Assembly: GCA_016748015.1 (NCBI GenBank)
Contig: JAAOMT010000682.1
Span: 41,951-105,950, forward strand
Length of the DNA: 64,000 nt
Direction of reading: 5' to 3'
Source of the DNA: Geosiphon pyriformis uo1
Lineage: Eukaryota > Fungi > Glomeromycota
A program made the translations under genes and the position numbers. This document shows positions 53,655-64,000 of this stretch, piece by piece (position 1 is the first letter of the stretch; every line of letters begins with the position of its first letter). Below the pieces are notes generated by a model. It was not told where the DNA came from. It ran no database searches and was given only the letters and a program-made list of their open reading frames with translations.

Positions 53655-55037
53655 ATGAATTCAAAAGACTACAACAATCTCAAACAATATTTAAAGACAT
53701 TAACAATCTCAACAGATTGGTCTTCAAATGAAAACCATCGATTACAACAAGCCAGACAATATTTCCTACACAACAACATTATTTATTATCAAAATTTCAA
53801 AAACTCAGACAAACCACTCAGATTAATACAAGAACACAAAAAAGAGACTATATTATACAACATGCACTCAGATCTTTCATCAGCACACTTCAAAAAAGAC
53901 AGCACCACTCAAAGAACACTAGAATACTATTTTTGGCTCTAAATGAAAAGAGACATATATCAATATGTTGAATCTTGTGATAATTGTCAAAGAAGAGGAG
54001 GAACATGCCCTATTGAACTTTTAAATCCAATCAAAGTTGGACAACCTTTTGACCAAATTGGTATCAATTTAGTCAGACTGCTACCTATTACCATGTAAGG
54101 AAACCGATACATAGCAGTAGCAATAGATTATCTTACCAAATGGCCCAAAGCCAGAGCTATTCAACAAGCAAATGCAAAATCAGTAGCAAATTTTATCTAT
54201 GAAGACATTATTTGTAGACATAAATGCTCAATTGAACTTCTATCCAATCAGGGAACACATTTTGTGAATAACCTGACACAAAAAATTTGCAAACAATTTA
54301 ATGTCAAAAGACTTTTATCTTTGCCCTATCATCCACAGACAAATGGATTAGTGGAATGTTTCAACAGAATATTGTGTGAATCACTAGCCAAAGTCTCAAC
54401 AGATTTTGAGCAGAAATAGAATATCTTTATTCCATCAGTGTTACTAGCATATAGAACACTAAAACAAAATACAACGAAACACACACCATTTGACCTTACT
54501 TATGGAAGAACAGCAAAACTACCAATTGAATTCACAGTAGAAACATATCTAGTACAACCAATCACAAAAGAAAACTTACAAGAAACACTTCAGCAAAAAG
54601 CTTATACTCTTCTTAGTATTTTAGAAGAAAAAAGACATATAGCAGCCACCCACATTGAAAATTCACAAGCCCAACAAAAAGAGAGACATGACAACAAACT
54701 GCCACCAGTCACCAATGAATTTAAAATTGGAAATAAAGTTCTCTTATACAGAACTAAAGCTGAAAAACAATGGAGTAGAAAATTTGAAAATAAATGGGAT
54801 GAACTATTTTTTATTTATGAAGTTCTAGACAACAGATCATACAAGCTAAGACTTGATGACAAAATCCTAGTAAAAGTTGCACATGAAGATTATTTGAAAC
54901 ACTATAATTTCAAAAACAATCCTGAACCATTAATTCTACAAGTTGGTACACATTCTCCATTAATCAATCCTGAAGATATTTTCCGAAATTTAGAACCAAT
55001 AGTTGTCATTGAACAACCTCCTAACTCGAACACTTAA
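53655..55037 (+). pseudogene. Integrase ORF of element G
   Basis: ATG at 53655; MHSDLSSAHF, CDNCQR, DYLTKWP, SNQGTHF, HPQTNGLVE. Confidence 0.92.
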
Positions 55038-55171
55038 TTTAAATTTACTATAGTTATTCCCTTATAAATTAAAAATTGATTTTACAAAAACAAAACAAAA
55101 ACAAAAATAACATAAGTTCACATACCAAAAATAATTTCAATCTATTTTTTTCTCTTACTCAAGTTTTTATA

Positions 55172-55891
55172 ATAACTATCCCTCAAAATATTTAACAAAT
55201 ATCTTAAAAATTAATGCTAACTTTAAAGACAATACCTGAATTATCTATCACTATTACAGAAAAACATATTAATTATACCCAAACAGAAATAGTTGCCAAT
55301 TTAGCCCCAAATTCACGAAATTATCACTCCTACAAAAAGAACACAAAAAATTATTCTGGAATTCATCTACCAGAACTTTTGAAGCTTGCTTTAAGAGAAA
55401 ATTTAATGTTCACCCTTATTAGTATTTCACCAAATGCTACTATTCAACAAAAACTTTAATTGTGTCTTAATAAAGAAAACCACAACTATACTTCAATATA
55501 TAGATATTTCTACATTGGAAAAACACTTCACAAATGAAAATGGGAGCTTACAGCAGCAAACCTTACAAAAGAAGCTATTCAGAAACAACTCCACAATGAA
55601 TTCAAGACAACAGCTGGACTTATAAATAGTCACTATAAACTAAGAGCTGCTTTTAGACTTTATGACCTATTTTATACTTATGAAAATGTCCTACAAAACC
55701 CAATTTTACAACCACTGAAGATCCAATACATTGGAAAACTCACAGAACTGAAATTTCAACAATTTTCAGACCAAATTTCTTCAGTAATTTTGGATTACTA
55801 TTTGGAATGTGCAGACAGTACTTGGACTTCAATGGAGCTCAGTCTTGAGGAGGAGGTTATGTTACCAGATGAAATTAGAGATATTGTTTAA
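55172..55891 (+). pseudogene. ORF3 of element G (~239 codons), overlapping the PPT and the start of the 3' LTR
   Basis: Start decayed to ATA; colinear with F ORF3; ends ...SLEEEVMLPDEIRDIV* inside the LTR. Confidence 0.78.
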
Positions 55892-56798
55892 CATAAAATT
55901 ACTCTTATAATTCTTATTATTAGTTAGCATATATTATTGTCTCAAATTATCACTTATTACATTAGCAAAATATCCGAAATTATCATTTAATTAATAACCC
56001 AATTAGTATATAACACAAATGTAATCTAATTGTGATGATCAATTATGCAATACCCCGAACTATGTAACATTCAAAAAGTTTGCCGAAATTTGTAGAAATT
56101 TGCCAAAATAACTTGTAGTTTGCCAAAATGTATCTCTAGTTCAGTAAAATTGTAGAAAATAGCAAAGTTCAAGTTCATAGAATAGTGTTATGACAAGTTG
56201 TATAAAAGAAGAGCTTCTCTTTTCGAGAAAATGTATCTTACTTCAGATTGAACAATTAGAATCATTCTTTATACACAAAAACAAAATAAATATCAAATAA
56301 TTTGAAAAGCCAAATTCTTAATTATTTCTCTTAAAATTAACCAATTCCTACTAACAATTTGAAATTGACTAGCTACCAATTTCAGTAAACTGTTAAAGCA
56401 CTTCCAGGTCTGGATCTGAAACAACTTCCATAAAACATTTTTACTTTTCTTTTATATTTCTTTTATTTTCCTTCTTTTCTTATTATAAATCATTTAGGTA
56501 GCTTACAGATAAGAATTCCTGTAGAAGAGTTGACTTTCACAGTAAAGTAACTACACATTTTAGTGAGCTTTCAGATAAGCATTTCCTGGAAAAGAGTTGA
56601 CATTTATTACAATGTAACTATACAAAGTAACTGGCATGGAATTGGTCATTCCACTTATAAACCCAGCAGTTCAAATTATAGAAGATAATTTGAAGATAAA
56701 TTCAGTTACTGAAGATTCAACCACATCCAGGAAACGTGAATTCACAGCAAACAGACATCAACAACATTAAGAAAAGAGACCAAAAACCTCCAGTAACA
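55860..56798 (+). repeat. 3' LTR of G (939 bp)
   Basis: TGTTACC...CAGTAACA after PPT 55847-55859. Confidence 0.94.
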
Positions 56799-59700
56799 CT
56801 GTGTAAACTTCAATACAATTAGACCAAACCTCTATCAGACTACTATAGACATCAGAAAATACTTTAGATTCCAAAACACTTAACACTGGTAAATTAGGAG
56901 CATCAGTAGATCCAGCTCCCAAAAAACATGTTTGCTTATAAACTCAGCTGCCAAAGTGAACCAATAAGGTACAGGTTCTCTCAAATCCAACTTTTTCCAC
57001 TGCCAAAATGTTTTCCATTCTATTACCCTCCCCTTTTTGTCCAAAAGCTTATTATCAAAAGCAACACCAAAATGCTTTAAAGAAAGAACAAAGTCATAAT
57101 ACAAGAGGTGACCCAAGATGCTAGACATTAAAAATCTGCCAGATCTATGAAAAGCACTGAGCAAATTGTTAGCCAAAGATAGCTCATTTTCTAAAAAAAT
57201 CTTTACCATACCAGTCAAAAAATTATTTACAGAACTAACTTTCAATCTGACAGAATACTATAAAGGGTCCAAAAAAGACCACCCCAAAATTTGTAAATCC
57301 AAAAATCTGTGTTCAAACAGATGTCCAAGAATGCCACAGACATTGGAAAAGGAAATTAACAAGACTAATTTACCTTCAGACTGCACTTGCTCAAAAGGTT
57401 TCACACCATATAGAGAAAAATAATGTAAAGTTTTACTGAGAAAATTACATGATAAGCCAGCCTTAAACCTGAGATCTCTTTTCATCAAAGTGTCCCACTT
57501 GTGACATACAGCCAAAAAGACAAAACTAAATTGTATACAATAACTAATTATTGGTTGTAAGACAGCCAAAACCAAGTATGAAAATTGTTTATCCGTGATA
57601 GTCTTTTTTAATACCACATTGGAAAAAAACCTAACATTAGCATAAGCTTGAGCCAAGCTAGGTTTAGAGAGACTTTTAGTAGACAAAAAAATGTTCAGGT
57701 ATCTGTGAGCTTTATCTTTTTTGCAATGGAAATTGGCAAGCCATTAATCAACAGAGAAACAGACTTAACACTTTGATTGATTGGAATAGCCACTGTCTTA
57801 TCATTATTAATCAAAATGTCATTGACCTCAAAAAACTTACTAGTAATGTTTAAAATATACTGCATGGAAGTCTGACAACTTCTAACCCAAATTGTATCAA
57901 CAAAGGCACCAGCAGCCAAAAAAAAAGTCTTCTTACCAGTCACTTTAACCCTACCCAATCTAGTCACAAACCTGGTATCAATTCTGTATTTACATAAATG
58001 CTCTTGTCTTTTAACTTCACACAAAAGTAGATCATAAAAAATTTTCCAGAGAAAAGAAGAGAAAACCTTATCCTAATCCAAGCTATTATGCACTCTATAA
58101 CCATCTGAAAATCTAAAATCTGTCATCACCCTATTAACTCTGTTCTCATGAATGTTACCAAAAAACTTAATAAACTGACTGCATATTTTGATACAGTGCA
58201 GGCTAGTCTTCAAATAATGCCAGCCTACCAAATTATAGGCTTTGCACATGTCTTGCAACACAAGCCAGAGCTCTCTATTTTTTTCCAAAACATTCTCTAC
58301 AACTGACCCAATAGCAAAAATAGAAGATTGAGTTGAAGTGCTTTTCAATACTGAGAAGTTATAACTACAAAAAACGTTGAATTTACTGCAAGCCAAAAAT
58401 ATTCAATTAAAAAGGATCTTTAACAATATCTTCTGGGCTGTTTTGATCAAAACAATAGGCCTAGTGTTTGTTAAAACCCTATTCCATTCATAAGGTTTTG
58501 GAATTATTGAAACTCATGCCCTCTTCCAAGAGGTTAAGACAGCACCAGACAACAAACAAGTATTCAACAGCCCTAAAAAACAAGCCAACACCTCTCCATT
58601 ACAATGCTTCCAAAGTTTATTAAGAATTCCAGACAAACCTGCAGCCTTATTATTAGGCAAATTACTGATCACTAAAGACAATTTACTTATGGTAACCTTC
58701 TTCATAACACCAAAAAAAACAACATTATCCACATAATCCAGAAGCATATATTGACAAGACCAAAGATCAGGCACCCTTGGGAGTACTGACCACTTTCTTG
58801 TCTACCTTTCCATGATTTCATCAATCTTAAGCTTAACCTTCTTAGACTTAACTATCATTTCATCATCTACCACTAAGTGATCTAAAACAACTTTGTGAAA
58901 CAGCCGATCCAGAATGCTTTTAATCATCCTTCCTCTGTTAGAACAGAAATTTTCCATCTGATGGTTAATAGCCTTACTAATCTTAGTATTCTCAGCCAAT
59001 TTAGATTCATAATACTTAGACTTTCAATATTTTTTCTTTATCACTAACAGATGCTTAATTAAAGTCATCGAACACACACTATTAGAAACTATGCCAAACA
59101 CTTTAGATGTCTCAACCTTATTAATAGAAGTCCTAATAAAATGATTAATATTTAAAAAATCTCCAGAATTCCAGCAATTTACAATTTTAACAATAAGCAG
59201 CTCCAGTTTATAAAATTTAGAGGAATGTTTGTTTTTTAAACAATCATATTCACTAAACCAGCTTTTAGAAAACACTTCAATAGCAGCCTGTACCATGACT
59301 TCTTCTAACACACTCTATATCATATCCAAGTTATCACTATCTTTTGCAGTTCTGAATGTAGAAAACCTGGCCAACAACTTGGCAGAAGAACACTTTTTAA
59401 AATGCAACTACTGAACATTATCAGCATTCTTTAACTTGAACTTCTATTGATCTCAGTTGGCCTGCTTACAAGCACTGATAAGACAAGCATTCAGAAGTCC
59501 ATCCAAACCAATTGAAACCAAAACTGACTTATGATCTATATCAAAAAACCTGAAGACATTATTAACTGTTTGCAATACAACTGCAGACCTCAGGTTTCCA
59601 TTCACAAAGATAAAATTGATAATCTTCTTAACACCTCTAGAATTGCTTCAAGTAGGAGCTTTGGTTAATGCATATTTATTGAAAGTATTAACCAGACCCA

Positions 59701-60202
59701 AATCTAAGCAGAACTTGAAACTAGCACTCCTTTTGGATCCATTTTCATTAAAGTTACCACCCAAGACCACAAAAAAGCTAGACTTAACCACCTTAGATAT
59801 CAAAGAGTTGACATCAGCAGCCTGGCCAAAATGAGTACTAATGGAAGCACTAGCATAAAAATCCAAGATAAAAACCGAAAGCTTATTCTTAAATAGAAGA
59901 TGCACAGAAATTAACTGACCAGAAACCTCTTCCCCTATAGAAACATAACAAGCCAAAGAATTGTTCATGATTATGGCAATCCCAGCACCAAAAAAACCTG
60001 TATCCAAACCAGAAGTGAAAACCTGAACACCATTGAACTTATTCTTCATCCACAACTTAATGTTAGACTTAAATTTTGTCTTTGTAATAATTGAAACCAT
60101 GTTCTCTGATTCTATATGCCAACAAACAACATTATTCTGCTTGGCAGGAACATTAACACTTTGAATATTGCATGTAGCAAATTTCCAAACCAAATCACTT
60201 AT
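56799..60202 (-). pseudogene. LINE H ORF2 5' part (APE, RT)
   Basis: WKFATCNIQSVN, LGGNFN, RPIVLIK, LQDMCKAY, AAGAFVDTIW. Confidence 0.9.
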
Positions 60203-62082
60203 TGAAAAATAAGAGAAGCTGATAAGCCCAAACCAGAGCACAAATGATCCAACTTCTTTAAGACTGACTCAACTGATACTTCCAAAGCCACCAACTTAGA
60301 TTCCAATCCACCCACTTTGGTGGTCAAAAACTTTAGAACTACTCAAGCTAAGATTAGCAACTTTGTCTGCAACAATCAAAAGAGGAAGGATGAGAAATGC
60401 CAGCATATTATCCAGAACCATATTTAAATTCAAACCAGAATCCAAAGGCACTGGAATGACCAAAGGTGATGCAGAAGACTTAGATGCCAAGGGCACTAAT
60501 TTCACAAAGCTCAGTTTTTTTATAATAACAGAAATTTGATCTGTCAAAAGCTCCAAAAATCATTCCAAGACTATTAAACAATTAATTAAGTTAGAGGCAT
60601 TAGCAGAAGTGAAAGAAAGGGTACCACCCAAATCTGAGACACCAAGAGGAAGAAAACTAAAACCAGACCCAAAACGAGCACCACCAAAAGACTTAGCAAG
60701 TAAGACTACTTGGGCCCAAGATTTGCCACCAAAAGCAGCAGAGCAAGAGATTAGAACACTTTTTTTTTTATACAACTTAGCAAGCTGAAAGCAAACTTTC
60801 TCTGGGGCAACCTTTTTATATGATTTCTTAGATGATAGTAGCACAATTGTATCTAATGTATCATATTCAAGGACCAAATGCCCAAAACACCTACACTTCT
60901 CACAACAAATCAAATTCATCCTAGCCCAAGAGAGTTTTACTTTACCGAAGATAAGCTCTGTGCAAAAAGCAGATTCCAGATCATTATCAAAGGCAAAACC
61001 AATCACAGTGCAGCAAATCTTATTACCAGTTTCTATAAATCTGTTTATAATACAAGTCTTTTCACCAGCCCTTTTCAAAAGAGTGCCCAAATCATGAGCA
61101 GTTGTTCCTACTGGCAAAGTAAACAGTAAAGCTCTGAACCAATTTCTTGATGTCCACATATCATGATCTCCCACAGCCATAGCCACACGTATTGAATCCT
61201 TACCAATCAAAAAAAACCACTTAGCAGCCAAACACTCAGTCTGATCTAGTTCAGCAAATTCTATCACAGCTTTTTGTCACATTCCAATTAGCTGAATTTT
61301 GATTGACTTAATTTCTCCAAACTCAGTTAATACAACAATAATCATTTCCTTTGGCATGTTCATGGAAATTTTTTTGATGACCACAGTCCGATCTGAGCAA
61401 ATTCCTTGTTTTTTGAGATCACTGTTTATGTTGATCCTCTTTTTTCTGGCCAATAAAGTGGCTATTTCTATACTTTTTCAGAAGTGAAGGTAGATCTAAT
61501 GATCCCTTCAAATTTTGAGAGAATAGTGGCTCCCCCAAAACCATTGACAAAAGAAAAAATTTTTCTAACCAACTGAGTCTTTACTATAACAGATTTGTTT
61601 TTTACTACCAAAAGATTGATATCCAAAGCAAATAATTTCCTAACAGCAACTTCTATAGAAGTTTTCATAATTTTAGGATCTATTCATCTTTTTTTCAAAG
61701 ATATATTAAGGGAGGGTGGGAGAGGTTCCACTTCTTTTTTTATTTCATAATTAGGGGAGCCAAGAAAGGATCCAAGAATCACACCAGTATTTACTCTTTT
61801 TACTTTAGAAGTATTAGCTGCCGAGCCCAAGAGAGACTTACTGTTAATATCTTCTATAATTATATTGTTTTTACTACAACTAGACTTACTATTCAGATCC
61901 AAATACATGCTATCAGAACCAGGTTTAACCAAAAAAATGTCTCTTTCATTACTTGAATATTTAACATTGCCAAGAACCACCTTTTTTTTCTGAGAGAAAG
62001 AACCACTAACAGAACCATAGAAAGCATTTTTAGGTGCCTTTTTCTTAAATATATTACTGCTAAATGCAGCTTTTAAATCCAT
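60199..62082 (-). pseudogene. LINE H ORF1
   Basis: RALLFTLPVGT, CEKCRCFGH knuckle, FGGKSWAQVV; homologous to LINE I ORF1. Confidence 0.82.
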
Positions 62083-62209
62083 GATAAAAGAATTATTAGT
62101 TAAAAAAATGTTGATATAAACTAACAAAAAAAAATAAAAAACTTCTTTTTTAGAAATACATTCTTTAGGGGGTTTTTTTTAAGATATAAGAGAGAAAGAA
62201 GTTTTTTTT

Positions 62210-62668
62210 CTTATTATATTTTTTAAATAAAAAACAACTATTTTAAAACCAATAAATTAATTTAATCTAATTTAATAAATTTTATTACATTTTTTTATTA
62301 AAGATTAATTAACTTAATTTTACCAAATTTAAATAACACTAATTATACAGTTTTTTATATTTTAATTTAAATTTTTTTAATAATTACTTTCTAATTTATT
62401 TGAATTTATTTTTTTAAGATTAATATTAACTATTATATTGTTTTATTAGTCAACCAAACAGTTTTTTTATATTTAATTTAGATATAAATATTACTTTATT
62501 AGTTTTCTTGAATTTTAAAAAGTAAAAGTTTTCTTAAATCTATTTATATCTGAAAATTATTGTAACTTTTTTTAAAATAATTTTTTATTAACTATTAAAA
62601 ATTAATATTTAAAAATTTTTTTGGTTAAAAAAGTAATTAACAAAAATAATTAAAAAAAACTATATTTA

Positions 62669-62710
<42 letters not shown>

Positions 62711-63530
62711 AATTGAGTTTATCTAAAAGCTTTACATTTTTTTAATTATAATTTTGGCAGTTTTAAAGGTATTTTTTTATTATTTTTATAAATTTTATTT
62801 TTAGTATTAAAGCTTGTTTTTTAAATTGAATATTTTTTATTTATATTTATGTATTTATTTTTAGTTTTTTTATTTTATTTTTATTATTTATTTTACTTTA
62901 TAAAATTACAACTTGTTTAAAAAAACCAGTTTTATTATCTAACTTTTTTATATTATTAATTTTTTTTTAAAAAACTAAGCATTTTTAATAACTTTAAATT
63001 CCAAAATTTTTATATTTTTTCTTAGTTATTTTATTATTAGCATTAATATTAACTTTTAATTTTTGCATAAAAAATGTTAAAAATAATATTTTTTAAAAAA
63101 ATTATAAAATTTAATATTAGATTTAATATTAATAATATAATTATATAAATATGTAAATTAATTTTTTATAGCAAAAATTTAAGTTATATAATATTGGTTA
63201 ATTTAAATATAGTTTTGTAAATTTAAGTAATTAATTATATATAAAAAGTACATAATTTTATTTATAATTAATCTTAATACAATAATTTACATAAATTGTA
63301 AAAGTATTACATTTTTTAACACAAATAATAATAAAAAACTTGAAATAATAATAAATATGTTAATTATTTAATATATATATATATATTTAATTATTATAAT
63401 TTTAATATTTATTAACTTAATTTATTACTTGAATTAATTATTAAATTTATTAATAAAATTAATAAAACAAAAATTCTACAATAAAAAAATTGTTTTCAAA
63501 AAATAATTATTAATAACTCAATTAGAATTA
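62210..63530. other. Extremely AT-rich intergenic tract
   Basis: Almost no G/C, no ORFs. Confidence 0.8.
62671..62709. repeat. (TTA)13 microsatellite
   Basis: Perfect trinucleotide run. Confidence 0.92.
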
Positions 63531-63732
63531 TATAAATTAAATCTGAAATACTCATACATAACCATATAATCTAATTACATTCGAAATTTGCTTAATATAA
63601 AATTTATTAAAAAAGATAGAATTATGATAACAGATGGCTAAATAATAAAGCTTAACGAAACCTTTCAAAAGACTAACAGTTAAAATCTAAATAGTAATAT
63701 TCTTGATGTTAAGTGCATATCTATTTTCTGAA

Positions 63733-64000
63733 TCATTCATTCTCCTCTTCTTCATCTTCTTCGGCTTCTTCCAACCATTTAGCAAAAGGTTTAGCCTTGT
63801 TACGAATTTCTTTGTTGATTTCGGGGTCAACATAATTGACGTTGGCTGTCCTCTTGAAATCTTTAGATTCGCTTTCCTCGCCAGCAATCCAGGCTTGAAA
63901 TACCTCTTCTTCGATCAATTCGGCTTGATAATATTCCATCAAAATCTTGCAAATAACTTTACTGTCTAGTAATTCTGGGTACTTCTCTATCAAAATTTCT
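63733..64000 (-). CDS. TIF5: 3' end of a host gene with a W2 (eIF4G/eIF5/eIF2B-epsilon) domain, most likely translation initiation factor eIF5
   Basis: KILMEYYQAELIEEEVFQAW (AA-box 1), YVDPEINKEIRNKAKPFAKWLEEAEEDEEE* (AA-box 2); intact frame, CpGs retained; extends beyond the window. Confidence 0.8.
   Translation of the reverse strand, partial: EILIEKYPELLDSKVICKILMEYYQAELIEEEVFQAWIAGEESESKDFKRTANVNYVDPEINKEIRNKAKPFAKWLEEAEEDEEEENE

Larger units (their letters stand above)
37364..56798 (+). mobile_element. Full-length Ty3/gypsy element G (contains F in its 5' LTR)
   Basis: 5' LTR 37364-38178 + 47793-47956, 3' LTR 55860-56798, perfect TSD CTGT (37360-37363 / 56799-56802), PBS, PPT GAGGAGGAGG. 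Confidence 0.95.
35979..62208 (-). mobile_element. LINE H, same superfamily as LINE I, split by G (pieces 35979-37363 and 56799-62208)
   Basis: Removing G and one CTGT restores the RNase H motif EVYTDRSLKDAGS; A-tail at 35979-35985. Confidence 0.92.

Noticed and set aside
54900-55037. Chromodomain at the integrase C-terminus
   Set aside because: The tail after the SH3-like segment is short and Pro/Ile-rich, without the aromatic YLVKW..W pattern
55172-55891. ORF3 as env, or the element as an endogenous retrovirus
   Set aside because: No signal peptide, furin site or TM helix; too short; RT and IN motifs are Ty3/gypsy-type
63687-63969. Overlapping ORFs 63687-63887 (-) and 63703-63969 (+)
   Set aside because: Alternative frames of the W2-domain gene

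Overview
Eukaryotic, very AT-rich, CpG-depleted DNA made almost entirely of nested, decayed retrotransposons. The element families and composition suggest a Glomeromycota/Mucoromycota fungus, Geosiphon-like; this is a tentative inference from recall. I resolve six Ty3/gypsy-type LTR elements: A 1-7074 (+), B 7075-14591 (+), C 14592-17803 (-), D 19192-26851 (-), G 37364-56798 (+), and F 38179-47788 (-) inserted inside G's 5' LTR. Also present are two solo LTRs (8600-9506, 27041-28003), two near full-length RNase H-bearing LINEs lying tail-to-tail (29223-35954 +, and 35979-62208 - split by G), a LINE RT fragment and a possible hAT/BED relic. The only host gene is the 3' end of an eIF5-like W2 domain on the minus strand at the right edge. 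The most interesting result is the shared architecture of the LTR elements, which resembles a complex retrovirus: Met-less gag N-terminal extension, gag, protease, a ~250-aa multi-CxxC domain, a complete dUTPase, RT and RNase H, then a conserved STOP; an integrase in its own ORF behind an A/C-rich spacer and ATG; and a conserved non-env ORF3 that reads through the PPT into the 3' LTR. The LTRs carry swapped U3 motif arrays. All TE copies show transition-dominated C>T/G>A decay. All alignments and counts were done by eye.
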